Below are positions 43,556 to 52,957 of a DNA stretch of 58,051 nucleotides, one piece after another; the stretch's first letter is position 1; the number at the start of each line of letters is the position of its first letter. Under the pieces are notes generated by a model, which saw only the letters and a program-made list of their open reading frames with translations, did no database searches and was not told where the DNA came from. The DNA is from an uncultured bacterium (GTDB lineage Bacteria; Eisenbacteria; RBG-16-71-46), in contig CAZYQK010000001.1 of NCBI GenBank assembly GCA_964650245.1, positions 1 to 58,051 on the forward strand. Reading direction: 5' to 3'. The position numbers and the translations under genes were made by a program.

Positions 43556-45040
43556 TCACGCGCGCCGCCAGCGCTCGCCCTCGCGCATCGCGCGCCCCTC
43601 GCGCTCGAGCTTGAGCAGGTGCGCGAGCAGCGAGCGCTCGGCGTAGTCCCACAGCTCGCGCGACGTGTCGGCGTAGGCGCGCTCGACCAGCGCCTCGAGC
43701 GGGGCCAACTCGGCGCCGAGCGCCGCCAGCACCTTCGCCTCGCGCTCGCGGCGATGTGAGATGAGTCCGCGGATGCGGCGCATCGCGCCGCCCTGCGGCG
43801 CGCCGTGCCCGGGGAACAGGGTCTCGACCGGCTCTTCCAGCAGTCGCTCCAGCGAGGCGAGGTAGTCGCGCATGTCGCCCTCGGGCGGATCGATGATGAC
43901 GGTGCCCGATCCGCCGGGGATGTGATCGCCGGTGAAGAGCGAGCGCGTGCGCGGATGGAGAAAACACAGGTGCCCGCGCGCGTGGCCCGGGGTGTGGAGC
44001 GCGCGCAGGTTCCAGTCGGTAGCACCCGGCACCAGCGGAATCCAGTCGCGGTCGGCGAGCGTGAAATCGGCGCGAACGTGGCGCGCGGTCTCGGCGTGCG
44101 CCGCGACCTTGACGCCATAGCGCGCGCGCACCGCTTCGACTCCGCTCAGGTGGTCCGGGTGATGGTGCGTGAGCAGCACGAGCTTGAGCCGTCGCCCTTC
44201 GCTCCCGAGTGCCTCCACCAGCGCGAAGAGCGCCTCCAGCTCGGCGGGCTCGTCGCTGCCGGGATCGATCAGCACCATCTCGCGCTCGCCGACCAGGTAG
44301 GCGTTGGTGTGGGTCGCGGGCGGCAGCGGGCGCGTCTTCATGGGCTGGAGCACGATCCCCCATTTCAGCTCGATGCGCCGCACCGGTTCGGCGGCGCGCG
44401 CGGGGGCGGCTTCCAGACGCGCGGCGAGCGCCGCCTCGCCCTCGGCCAGCGCCAGCAGCGTGTGGAGGATCGGCGCCGCGAACGTGGCCGCGCCGCGCTT
44501 CCAGCGCTCGAGCGCCGCGTACGGCGCGATCCACTCGCCCGACTCCAGCTCGCCCGGGACGATCGAAGGCTCCTGCCCCGCCGGCACGCGCGCGAGATAA
44601 AACGAGGTGTCGAAGCGCTGGATCGCGAAGGGCGGCGTGGTCCATCGCCCGGCGAACTCGAGCGCGTCGGCTCGGAAACGCCAGCCGTGCTCGCTGGCGA
44701 GCGCGGCGAACGTGGCCTGCCCGGCCAGCAACCGCGCGCGCGCCGCGGGGAGGTCGTCGAGCCCGGCGGGCCCGTCGAGCCCGAGCAGCACGCCGGTCTC
44801 CTCGAACGCTTCGCGCAGGGCACAGGCGCGGAAGAGGCGGTCCTCGTCGGACGTGGCACCCGCGACCTCGAGCGCCGCGTCCTCGGCGTTCACCTTGCCG
44901 CCGATGAACGCATGGAAGCCGGGCATGTAGCCCACGGCTTCCCCGCGCTTCACCCAGAACACCTCGAGCCCCGCGCCCGCGCCGCGCAGCAGCACGATGG
45001 CGGCGGAATCCTGAAGCCGGGGTACCGCGGGCGGGCGCAT
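43556..45040 (-). CDS. NUDIX hydrolase fused to an MBL-fold metallo-hydrolase
   Basis: The N-terminal NUDIX box is degenerate (GGKVNAED...ALREAFEETGV). The C-terminus has LLTHHHPDHLSG, HTPGHARGH and FTGDH, the beta-lactamase-fold metal ligands. Confidence 0.85.
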   Translation of the reverse strand: MRPPAVPRLQDSAAIVLLRGAGAGLEVFWVKRGEAVGYMPGFHAFIGGKVNAEDAALEVAGATSDEDRLFRACALREAFEETGVLLGLDGPAGLDDLPAARARLLAGQATFAALASEHGWRFRADALEFAGRWTTPPFAIQRFDTSFYLARVPAGQEPSIVPGELESGEWIAPYAALERWKRGAATFAAPILHTLLALAEGEAALAARLEAAPARAAEPVRRIELKWGIVLQPMKTRPLPPATHTNAYLVGEREMVLIDPGSDEPAELEALFALVEALGSEGRRLKLVLLTHHHPDHLSGVEAVRARYGVKVAAHAETARHVRADFTLADRDWIPLVPGATDWNLRALHTPGHARGHLCFLHPRTRSLFTGDHIPGGSGTVIIDPPEGDMRDYLASLERLLEEPVETLFPGHGAPQGGAMRRIRGLISHRREREAKVLAALGAELAPLEALVERAYADTSRELWDYAERSLLAHLLKLEREGRAMREGERWRRA

Positions 45041-45098
45041 GAGAACGCGCAGCGTAACCGCTGGCGGCGCGGCGCGCGAGCGGACGCGGTGCGCGTCG

Positions 45099-46454
45099 CT
45101 ACTCGGGCACGACCTTCACCAGCGTGAACAGCGCGGGGTCGTAGAATCGCGCGATGAACGCGTTGATCTCCGCGAGTGGCAGCGCGGCGGCGCGGTCGGC
45201 GAGCTGGTAGCGGAACCCCGCGGAGAGCCCGCGGCTCCGCTCCCACAGGAACCGATCGAGCACCTGCCCCGGCGACTGGAAGTTGAAGGCGCGACGACCC
45301 TGCAGGTAGCCGGCTGCGTCGGCCCGTTCCTCCTCGGTCATCCCGCGCTCGCGGAACACGCGCATCACGTCGCGGAGCTTGTGCTCGACCACCGCGGCGT
45401 TGGGCGCGCGCGTGTAGGTCCAGGGTCCGTATGCCGCGGGAGCCGGCTCGATGCCGCGATAGGTGCCGGGGCTGTACGTCTCGCCTCCCTCGTGCCGCAG
45501 CGCGACGTAGAGCCGGGAGTAGAAGTGGCCGCCCAGCACGTGGTCGGCGAGCAGGAACGCGGGATAGTCGGCGTCGTTGACGGCCGGGCCCTCGCGCACC
45601 AGCGCGAAGTAGACCTGCGTGAGACGCGGCAGGCGGACGACCTGCTCGTGCTTTCGAGCCGCCCGCGGCGTCACGGGCGGAAGCGCGGGCTCGAGCGCGA
45701 CGGGCGACGAATCGAATGGCGGAGGGAGCAGGCCGGCTGCGTTCCGCTCGGCTTCCTCGCGGGTGAGGTCGCCGCCGAAGCCGACGAAGCGCCCGGGGAG
45801 TCGCACCAGCGTGTCGCGCGCCGCGAGCAGCGGCCGCGTGTCGTCCCGGATGCGCGCCGGCCTCTCGTAGGGCCGGCGGCGCGGGTCGCCGGGCGCGAAC
45901 AGGAGCCGGTGGACGCTGATGCGCATCATCGCCTCGGGATTCTTCTGCGATCCGGCCCATTCGAGCTCGCGCTGCCGGTTGCGCCTCGAAACCTCGCGCC
46001 GATCGAGGATGCGGTTGCCGAGCACGTCGCGGGCGAGCGCGAGCGCGCTGTCGAGGTCGGCCTTCCGGCAGCCGAGCGTCAGCGTGCTGGCCCGCGCGTC
46101 GGTGGCGAGCGAGAGGTCGGCGCCGAGCCGGTCCGCGCGTGCCCGCAACGCGCCGGCAGGATCCATGAGCTGGATCGCGAACGCCTCCTCGACGTGGCGC
46201 GCACGCTCGAGCCACGGCGACCACTCGCCGGCGGGGAACACGAGGCGGATCTCGACCAGCGGCTGGCGGTGGTCTTCGACCAGAACACCGGTCGTGCCGC
46301 GATCCACCGCCCAGGTCTGGACCGCGCCCGGAACCAGCGCCGCGGCATGGGTGGAACGGGCGGAGGCGAGCGCGACGAGCGCGGCGAGCGCACCGCGCGT
46401 GCCGGCGCGGAGCGCCCGCGCGCGCGGCGTTTGAAGCGGTGCCGCGCCCATCAC
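45099..46454 (-). CDS. M16-family peptidase-like protein (lacks HxxEH; probable non-catalytic partner)
   Basis: Signal peptide with M16 N- and C-domain-like architecture. I found no HxxEH motif. The start overlaps the stop of the upstream M16 gene (ATGA). Confidence 0.8.
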   Translation of the reverse strand: MMGAAPLQTPRARALRAGTRGALAALVALASARSTHAAALVPGAVQTWAVDRGTTGVLVEDHRQPLVEIRLVFPAGEWSPWLERARHVEEAFAIQLMDPAGALRARADRLGADLSLATDARASTLTLGCRKADLDSALALARDVLGNRILDRREVSRRNRQRELEWAGSQKNPEAMMRISVHRLLFAPGDPRRRPYERPARIRDDTRPLLAARDTLVRLPGRFVGFGGDLTREEAERNAAGLLPPPFDSSPVALEPALPPVTPRAARKHEQVVRLPRLTQVYFALVREGPAVNDADYPAFLLADHVLGGHFYSRLYVALRHEGGETYSPGTYRGIEPAPAAYGPWTYTRAPNAAVVEHKLRDVMRVFRERGMTEEERADAAGYLQGRRAFNFQSPGQVLDRFLWERSRGLSAGFRYQLADRAAALPLAEINAFIARFYDPALFTLVKVVPE

Positions 46455-47881
46455 AGCATCGGCCCGATCAGCCAGCCGAGCAGGCGCACCGCGACCGGCA
46501 CCTTGCGCGGCTGGACGTAGATCCGGACGGGTGTCGCGCGCGCGATGTAGCGGTCGAAGGCCGCCGCCACGTCGGCCCGCGTCACCGACGCCAGCCGGTC
46601 AGCGCGCGCGAAGGTCTCCCCCGCGTCCCCGCGCCACCAGCGATTCTGCACGAGGTCGTCCGCCATCTCGGCCGCGGAGTAGGCGCGCAACTCTACCCGG
46701 CGCAGGATGCGGCGCTTGACGCCGGCCAGGGTCTCGTCGGTCAGCCACTCCAGCCCCGACATCCGGCGCAGCGACTCCCTCATGACCCGGAATTGCCCGG
46801 CCTCGCGGCGGTAGGGCAGCACCGCGGAGAAGAAGTAGATCGAGCCGCCGCGCCGCAACATCGTGACCATGCTCCCGGCCTCGAGCGCCTTGCGCCGGCG
46901 CGTGACGAGATCCTCCCGGAACGGATTCACCTGGCCCGCGGTGAGCATCTCGGTCAGCACGGTGACCGCGGGGTCGTCGGGCGCGTTCGGCGGCGGGAGC
47001 GGATAGAAGAGCACGGCGATCTCCGCCGGCGGCAGGTCCTCCTTGAGCCGGACCAACTCCGGATACTTCCAGCCTTCGAGCGCGGGCACGTCGGCCGGGG
47101 TCTCTCCCGCCGCGGGCAGGGGACCAAAGATCTGCTGCACCGCCGCCAGCGTCGCCGGGCCATCCACCGGGCCGACCACCACGAGGTGAGCGTTCCGCGG
47201 CCGGTAGTAGCGGGCGTAGAAGTCGCGGGTGTGATCGAGCGTGGCGGCCACGATGTCCTCCTTGGTCCCCCACGGCAGAATGGAATAGGGATGGTCGCCG
47301 TAGATCCGCTTGACCGCCTCCGTAAACACGCGCGCGAAGGGGTCGTTCTCGGCGCCGAGCCGCAGCTCCTCGGTCACGATCCGCTTCTCGTTGTCCAGGT
47401 TTTCCTGATCGAGGCGGAGGTTCACCATGCGGTCCGCCTCCAGCTCCAACACGCCCGGAAATCCCGCCGGCGGGATGTCGGACACGTAGGAGGTCTCGTC
47501 CCAGCTCGTGAACGCGTTGTTGTCGCCTCCGAAGCGGTGGTGGTGGGCCCAGTAGTCGCGCTTGTCGTGAGACGCGGTGCCGCCGAACATCACGTGCTCG
47601 AAGAGGTGGGCGAAGCCGCGCGTGCGGGGCTCCTCGTTGGCGGCACCGACGTGATACCAGAGGCGGGTGGCCACCACCGGCTGGCTCAAGTCGGGAAGGA
47701 TGCTCACCACGAGCCCGTTCGGGAGCGTGCGCTCGACGAAGCCCGGGGGCGGCGCGCCGGCGGCCGGGGGTGCGAGGCAAAGCGCCGATGCGAGGCCGCA
47801 GACGAGGAGCTGGACCGGGAGAAGAGGCGGGACCGGGCGGCGCGGAAGCCGGCTCGGCCGCCCGCTCGGGGAGGCCGGCAT
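46451..47881 (-). CDS. M16 (pitrilysin/insulinase) family zinc peptidase
   Basis: Signal peptide. GFAHLFEHVMFGGT contains HxxEH, and the downstream E-rich region is typical of M16. Confidence 0.88.
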   Translation of the reverse strand: MPASPSGRPSRLPRRPVPPLLPVQLLVCGLASALCLAPPAAGAPPPGFVERTLPNGLVVSILPDLSQPVVATRLWYHVGAANEEPRTRGFAHLFEHVMFGGTASHDKRDYWAHHHRFGGDNNAFTSWDETSYVSDIPPAGFPGVLELEADRMVNLRLDQENLDNEKRIVTEELRLGAENDPFARVFTEAVKRIYGDHPYSILPWGTKEDIVAATLDHTRDFYARYYRPRNAHLVVVGPVDGPATLAAVQQIFGPLPAAGETPADVPALEGWKYPELVRLKEDLPPAEIAVLFYPLPPPNAPDDPAVTVLTEMLTAGQVNPFREDLVTRRRKALEAGSMVTMLRRGGSIYFFSAVLPYRREAGQFRVMRESLRRMSGLEWLTDETLAGVKRRILRRVELRAYSAAEMADDLVQNRWWRGDAGETFARADRLASVTRADVAAAFDRYIARATPVRIYVQPRKVPVAVRLLGWLIGPML

Positions 47882-47883
47882 CG

Positions 47884-48282
47884 TCAGTCGCCGGTCGGGA
47901 CGATGCCGGCGCCTTCCACCATCAGGAGCACCGTGCGCTCCGGCGCACGCGGCCGGTGCCGGACGCCCTTCGGGACGACGAAGCCCTGTCGCGGCGCGAG
48001 GTCCACGGTGCGGTCCTCGAGGTCGATCAGGAAGCGCCCCTCGACGACGTAGAAGAACTCGTCCTCATCGTCGTGCTGGTGCCAGTGGTATTCGCCCTGC
48101 ACCACGCCCAGCCGCACGACCGACTCGTTCACCCGGCACAGGGTCTGGTTGTACCAGGGGTGGGTGCACGCCTCGACCAGCTTCTGCACGTCCACGACCT
48201 GGAGCGGCTCGTAGAGCACGTCGAGACGGGTGTCGTAGGGGTACGACCGGGGCGTCGCGGATTCCGGTTTCGTGTCTGCCAT
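47884..48282 (-). CDS. Cupin-domain protein
   Basis: GEYHWHQHDDEDEFFYVVEG...VPKGVRHRP matches cupin motifs 1 and 2. Confidence 0.85.
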   Translation of the reverse strand: MADTKPESATPRSYPYDTRLDVLYEPLQVVDVQKLVEACTHPWYNQTLCRVNESVVRLGVVQGEYHWHQHDDEDEFFYVVEGRFLIDLEDRTVDLAPRQGFVVPKGVRHRPRAPERTVLLMVEGAGIVPTGD

Positions 48283-48316
48283 GATCCGGTCGTCTCCCTC
48301 GCGGCCCCCGGGCTCG

Positions 48317-49675
48317 CTAGGCGCTCTTCGCGGCCACGCGGTCCACCGCGCGCGCGAGGATGTCGAGCGCCTCGTCCACCTCGGCCGCCGTGACGTCGAG
48401 CGGCGGGCGGAAGCGCAGGCTCTGCGTCCCGCACGGCAGGATGATCATCCCGAGGTCGTACGCCCGATCCGCCGCCGCGTCGCGCGTCGCGCCGTCGGGA
48501 AAGTCCAGCGCGCACATGAGGCCCTTGCCGCGCGCGTTCGAGAGCAGCTCCGGCCGCGCGGCCTGGAGCCGCTCGAGCCCGAGCTTCAAGTGCGCGCCCA
48601 CCGTCGCGGCGTTCTCGACCAGCCGCTCCTCGTCCATGATCTCGAGGTAGCGCCGGCAGCGCACCATGTCCACCAGGTTGCCGCCCCAGGTCGAGTTGAG
48701 CCGGGAGGAGACCCGGAACACGTTCTCCGGCTCCTCGTCGAGCATCGGGCCGGCCATCATGCCGCACACCTGGGTCTTCTTCCCGAACGCCATGAGATCG
48801 GGGCGGACGTCGTCGTGCTGGTGCGCCCACATGCGGCCGGTGAGCCCCATGCCGGTCTGCACCTCGTCGAACACCAGCAGCGCGCGGTTCTCGTGCGCCA
48901 GGTCGCGCAGCGCGCGCAGGAACTCGGGGCGGAAGTGGCGATCGCCGCCCTCGCCCTGGATCGGCTCGATCAGGATGCAGGCGATGTCGTCCTTGCGCTG
49001 CGCGAAGGCGTTCTTGATGGCGTCGAGCGACTCGTTCTCGGCGCGCCGCACGCGCTCGCTCTCCGCGGCGTCCGCCGGAAAGCGGAGCGCGGGCGCTTCC
49101 ACCCGCGGCCAGTCGAAGCGCGGGAAGTACTCGTACTTCCTGGGGTCCGCGGTGTTGGTGAGCGAGAGGCAGTAACCGGAGCGGCCGTGGAACGCGCCGC
49201 GGAAGTGGAGCACCTGGTGGCCCTTCTCCTCGCGGTAGCCGCGGCGGAAGTTCTGGCGCACCTTCCAGTCGAACGCGGCCTTGAGCGCGTTCTCGACGCC
49301 CAGCGTGCCGCCCGCGACCAGGTAGAGGTGCGGCAGATAGCCGGGCATCGCGAGCCGGCCGAAGGCCTCGACGAACTCGGCCAGCTCGACGGTGTAGACG
49401 TCCGAGTTCGCCGGGTTCACGAGCGCCGCGCGCGTCAGGCGCTCGAGGAACGCGGGATCGCCGAGCTTCGGGTGGTTGATCCCGACCGGCATCGTCGCGA
49501 AGCACGAGAACATGTCGAGATACCAGCGCTCGCCGCGCGAATCGTAGAGCCGCCGCCCCCGCGACCGCTCGAGGTCGAGCACCAGGTCGTAGCCGTCCGC
49601 GAGCATGTGCCGCGCGAGCACGGCGTGCACGTCGGCGGGCGCGATGGTCGTCGCGCTCCGGATGGTGGGCTTCAC
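48317..49675 (-). CDS. lat: L-lysine 6-transaminase (class III aminotransferase)
   Basis: The GTG at 49675 follows GGAGAGG and overlaps the lrp stop (GTGA). Contains LVAGGTLGVENALK, HFRGAFHGRSGY, EPIQGEGGD, VFDEVQTGMGLTG and the FGKKTQV PLP-Lys region. Adjacency to lrp is a known lat arrangement. Confidence 0.88.
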   Translation of the reverse strand: MKPTIRSATTIAPADVHAVLARHMLADGYDLVLDLERSRGRRLYDSRGERWYLDMFSCFATMPVGINHPKLGDPAFLERLTRAALVNPANSDVYTVELAEFVEAFGRLAMPGYLPHLYLVAGGTLGVENALKAAFDWKVRQNFRRGYREEKGHQVLHFRGAFHGRSGYCLSLTNTADPRKYEYFPRFDWPRVEAPALRFPADAAESERVRRAENESLDAIKNAFAQRKDDIACILIEPIQGEGGDRHFRPEFLRALRDLAHENRALLVFDEVQTGMGLTGRMWAHQHDDVRPDLMAFGKKTQVCGMMAGPMLDEEPENVFRVSSRLNSTWGGNLVDMVRCRRYLEIMDEERLVENAATVGAHLKLGLERLQAARPELLSNARGKGLMCALDFPDGATRDAAADRAYDLGMIILPCGTQSLRFRPPLDVTAAEVDEALDILARAVDRVAAKSA

Positions 49676-50169
49676 GATGCCTCTCCTCTCGCGGCGGTGG
49701 GGACGAAGCTCTCTTCCTTCAGGGTGGAGAGCACCATGACGGTCCGGGTCTGTCGCACGCCCTCGTAGGCGTTGAGCTTGTGGATCAGGAGATCCTGCAG
49801 CGTCTGCATGTCCGGCACGCGCACCTTGAGCAGGAGCGAAAACTCGCCGGTGATGTGATGGCACTCCTGCACGTCGTCCAGCTTGAGCACCTTCTCGATG
49901 AATCCCGCCTCCAGTCGCGGATGCTCGATGAAAACTTCGACGAAGGCCGTGATCGCCATGCCGAGCGCCTGGGGATCCACCTGCGCGGCGAAGCGGCGGA
50001 TGACGCCCGAGGCCTCGAGCTTGCGCAGGCGCTCGTTGACCGCGGCGGTCGAGAGTCCCACCCGCCGCGCCACTTCGGCCTGCGGGAGCTTGGCGTCGCG
50101 CTGCACCAGGGCCAGGATGCGGCGGTCGCGGTCGTCGAGGGTCCGGGATATATTCAGCTTCTTTGGCAT
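49672..50169 (-). CDS. lrp: Lrp/AsnC-family transcriptional regulator
   Basis: LDDRDRRILALVQRDAKLPQAEVARRVGLSTAAVNERLRKLEASGVI forms the HTH, followed by a C-terminal RAM/ACT-like domain. Confidence 0.9.
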   Translation of the reverse strand: MPKKLNISRTLDDRDRRILALVQRDAKLPQAEVARRVGLSTAAVNERLRKLEASGVIRRFAAQVDPQALGMAITAFVEVFIEHPRLEAGFIEKVLKLDDVQECHHITGEFSLLLKVRVPDMQTLQDLLIHKLNAYEGVRQTRTVMVLSTLKEESFVPTAARGEAS

Positions 50170-50275
50170 GGGACGAGTATATGTTCGGCAGAAATGGGGT
50201 GCAACCGTACATAATTCGAATCGAGCAACCTCCGGGCCGCGGGCGAAAAGAGCCCTGTGCTAGACTCCCCCGCCT

Positions 50276-50896
50276 ATGATCTTCGCGCTCGATCTGGAAG
50301 GGGTGTTGGCCCCCGAAATCTGGCCCATCCTCGGGGCCCGCTTCGAGTTGCCCGACCTGAGCCTCACTACTCGCGACCTCGCCGACTTCACCGACCTCAT
50401 GAACCGCAGGGTGGCCGCGACCCGCTCGCGCGGGCTGCGGCTCGAGGAACTGAAACGCATCGCGCACGCCGTCGAGCCATATCTCGGCGCCCGCGAGTTC
50501 CTCGCCCGGCTGCGCGCCATCGGACAGGTCGTGATCATCTCCGACACTTTCCACGAGTTCTCCGAGCCCCTGATCCAGAAACTCGGCGGGCACATCCTGT
50601 TCGCCAACCGGTTCGAGCTCGACGAGACCGGGCTGCTCAAGGGCTTCAAGCTGCGCATCCGCGGACAGAAGGAGCGCATCGTCTCGGGCTTTCACGCCGC
50701 GGGCTACTGGGTCGCGGCGGTCGGCGACAGCCTGAACGATCTGTCGCTGCTCAGGAGCTGCGACTTCCCGGTGCTCTATCGACCGGTCGAGGCGCTGCTG
50801 GGCGAGTTTCCGAAGGCGGCGATCGCGCACGATCTCGACACGGCGCTGGCGATCCTCGAGCAGGCGGCGAGAGAGATCGAGCGGAACGGACCGTAG
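50276..50896 (+). CDS. thrH: Phosphoserine phosphatase/homoserine phosphotransferase ThrH (HAD family)
   Basis: MIFALDLEGVLAPEIW..., VVIISDTFHEFSEPL and AAVGDSLNDLSLL closely parallel ThrH along its full ~205-aa length. Confidence 0.85.
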   Translation: MIFALDLEGVLAPEIWPILGARFELPDLSLTTRDLADFTDLMNRRVAATRSRGLRLEELKRIAHAVEPYLGAREFLARLRAIGQVVIISDTFHEFSEPLIQKLGGHILFANRFELDETGLLKGFKLRIRGQKERIVSGFHAAGYWVAAVGDSLNDLSLLRSCDFPVLYRPVEALLGEFPKAAIAHDLDTALAILEQAAREIERNGP

Positions 50897-50899
50897 CGG

Positions 50900-50923
50900 G
50901 GCACCGCGGGCCGAAGCGGTGCC
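50900..50923. terminator. Hairpin between convergent thrH and HAD genes (bidirectional terminator candidate)
   Basis: GGCACCGC-gggccgaa-GCGGTGCC forms a perfect 8-bp stem (50900-50907 with 50916-50923). Confidence 0.5.
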
Positions 50924-51625
50924 TCAGGGCCCGACCGCGATCTCCCGCGCCCACGCCATCATTGCATCGGTGTGGCTGAGATCGTCGAGCAACAGGTCCG
51001 GCGCGTGCGGCGCGAGCGCATCGCGCGTCTGCGTGCCGGTCGCGACCGCGACGACGCGCGCACCGGCGGCGCGCGCGCAGGCCACGTCGTGCTCGGTGTC
51101 CCCCACCACCACGCAGCGCGCGGGCGGCACGCCGTAGCGGCGCGCGACGCGCTCGACCGCGACCCGCGCCAGCGCGTCGCGGTCGGCCGCCTCCTCACCG
51201 AACGCGCCGAAGGCGAAGCTATGTTCGAGGCCGAAGCGCGTGAGCTTGATACGCGCCATCTGGGTCATGTTGCCGGTCAAGAGCCCCGTCACCCAGCCCG
51301 GCTCGCCTGCGATCCGCTCGAGCAGCTCCGCCACGCCCGGCAAGAGCCGGCCGCGCGGTGCCACCAGCGTCTCGCGCATGGCTGCGAACACCGCGTCCCA
51401 GAAGCGCGCCTCGTCGCCGTCCGAGAATCGGCGGCGGTGTTTGGCCAGGATATCGCGCAGGATGAGCGGCTCGGTGCGGCCGGCGAAGGCGATGTCGCGG
51501 AGGTCGTCCTCCGCGCCAAGCGAGGAGCGCACCGCGCGGGCGAAGGCCTGCCGTGCGGCGCCCTCTGTGGTGAGCAGGGTGCCGTCGACGTCGAACAGCC
51601 AGGCGAGTCGCGGTGTGATGGGCAT
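50924..51625 (-). CDS. HAD-superfamily hydrolase (phosphoglycolate phosphatase-like)
   Basis: Trimmed to MPITPRLAWLFDVDGTLL (DxDGT motif). Also has LLTGN and VVVGDTEHDVACA. Confidence 0.85.
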   Translation of the reverse strand: MPITPRLAWLFDVDGTLLTTEGAARQAFARAVRSSLGAEDDLRDIAFAGRTEPLILRDILAKHRRRFSDGDEARFWDAVFAAMRETLVAPRGRLLPGVAELLERIAGEPGWVTGLLTGNMTQMARIKLTRFGLEHSFAFGAFGEEAADRDALARVAVERVARRYGVPPARCVVVGDTEHDVACARAAGARVVAVATGTQTRDALAPHAPDLLLDDLSHTDAMMAWAREIAVGP

Positions 51626-51702
51626 GGAACACGCGGACGGAGCGCGCCGCATGATAGCATCGTCGCGCCGCTCTCCCGCCCACGTCGCGACCAGGAGACT
51701 AT

Positions 51703-52893
51703 GTGATCCACCGTCGGAACCGCTTCACCCCGCTCGCACTCGCGCTCCTGCTCGCCACCCTCGCTCTCCCGTCAGCCTCGCGCGCCACCGCGCCCGCGGC
51801 GACTACCCCGCTTCCGCGCCTCCTCTCAGACAGCACCCGGATCGAAGCGGACGACGATTTCACCTGGGTGCTTCCGCTCCGGCTGGCGAACCCGCTGGGT
51901 GTGGGGCTCTACCTCGACAGCATGAGCTGCGAGGTCCTGGACCTGGGGCCGGGCGAGACCCGTGCCGGGCGCACCACGGTGCTCGATCTCGCGGGGGTGG
52001 TGCAGGTGGTGGGCTCGGTGGGCGCTGGCGACACCGCCCAACTCGGGTGCACGGCCGGGGCGCTCGCCGAGCACGCGCGGCTCACCTTCCGGCTTCGCCT
52101 GCACCGTGCCGACCACGTGACCTACACCCTGACGACCGAGGTCGAGGCGCTGCCCGGTCCGGTCTCGCGCGAGCACCCGTCGCAGTTCATCGAAGCCGGC
52201 GGCCGGCGCGTCGAAACCGTGCTGTTGTCGGCGGCGCGCGATTCCGGCCTCGCGCCCGGCCTGCTGATGGTGCACGGGCACGCGAACCATGCGCGACGCA
52301 TGCTGCACTCGGCCCAGACGCTCGCGGCGCGCGGCTACACGGTGATGCTGGTGAGCATGCCCGGCTACGGCCAGTCGGACGGGCCCGCGGACTTCATGGG
52401 GCCCGCCACGTTGCGCGCGGCATCGGCGGCGCTCGACCGGCTGAAGGCCTCCCCGGGCGTGGACCCGAAACGTCTCGCGGCCTGGGGAGTGTCGCGCGGC
52501 GCCACGGTCGTGACGCTGCTCGCGCAGCGGCGCGGCGGCCTCGCCGCCGTGATCGCCCAGTCCGGCATCTACGACCAGTGGGCCGCGTATCGCGGCACGA
52601 AGATTCCGGGCATCCGCGAGAACATGGAGCGCGAGATCGGCCCGGACAGCAGCGCGTGGCGCGAGCGCTCGCCCGCACTCGACCCGGCGCGCCCGGCGGC
52701 CGCGTTCCTGATTCTCCACGGTGAGAAGGATCCACGCGTTCCGGTGGAGCAGGCGCGCGCCTTCTCCGCAACGCTCGTGGCGCGCGGTGCGACGGTCGAG
52801 ACCCGCTTCTTCCCGGAGGCCCAGCACCAGCTTCCGCCCAGCGTTGTGTTGCGCGCGGCGCTCGACTTTCTCGGCCGCCGGCTCGCCCCGTGA
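51703..52893 (+). CDS. Secreted alpha/beta hydrolase (S9/dienelactone-hydrolase-like) with an extra N-terminal domain
   Basis: AGGAGA then GTG. Signal peptide. The nucleophile elbow is GVSRG, with LILHGEKDPRVP and a C-terminal His. Confidence 0.85.
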   Translation: MIHRRNRFTPLALALLLATLALPSASRATAPAATTPLPRLLSDSTRIEADDDFTWVLPLRLANPLGVGLYLDSMSCEVLDLGPGETRAGRTTVLDLAGVVQVVGSVGAGDTAQLGCTAGALAEHARLTFRLRLHRADHVTYTLTTEVEALPGPVSREHPSQFIEAGGRRVETVLLSAARDSGLAPGLLMVHGHANHARRMLHSAQTLAARGYTVMLVSMPGYGQSDGPADFMGPATLRAASAALDRLKASPGVDPKRLAAWGVSRGATVVTLLAQRRGGLAAVIAQSGIYDQWAAYRGTKIPGIRENMEREIGPDSSAWRERSPALDPARPAAAFLILHGEKDPRVPVEQARAFSATLVARGATVETRFFPEAQHQLPPSVVLRAALDFLGRRLAP

Positions 52894-52957
52894 TCGCAGG
52901 CGCGTGATAGAATCGTCGCCCTCTCCCACTGCGCGCGACTCCCGGAGGAATGCCTGC

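Noticed and set aside
50170-50275. Relatively AT-rich divergent lrp/thrH intergenic region as a defined Lrp operator or promoter
   Set aside because: This is a plausible location for one, but I could not identify a convincing -35/-10 pair or Lrp box, so no feature is called.
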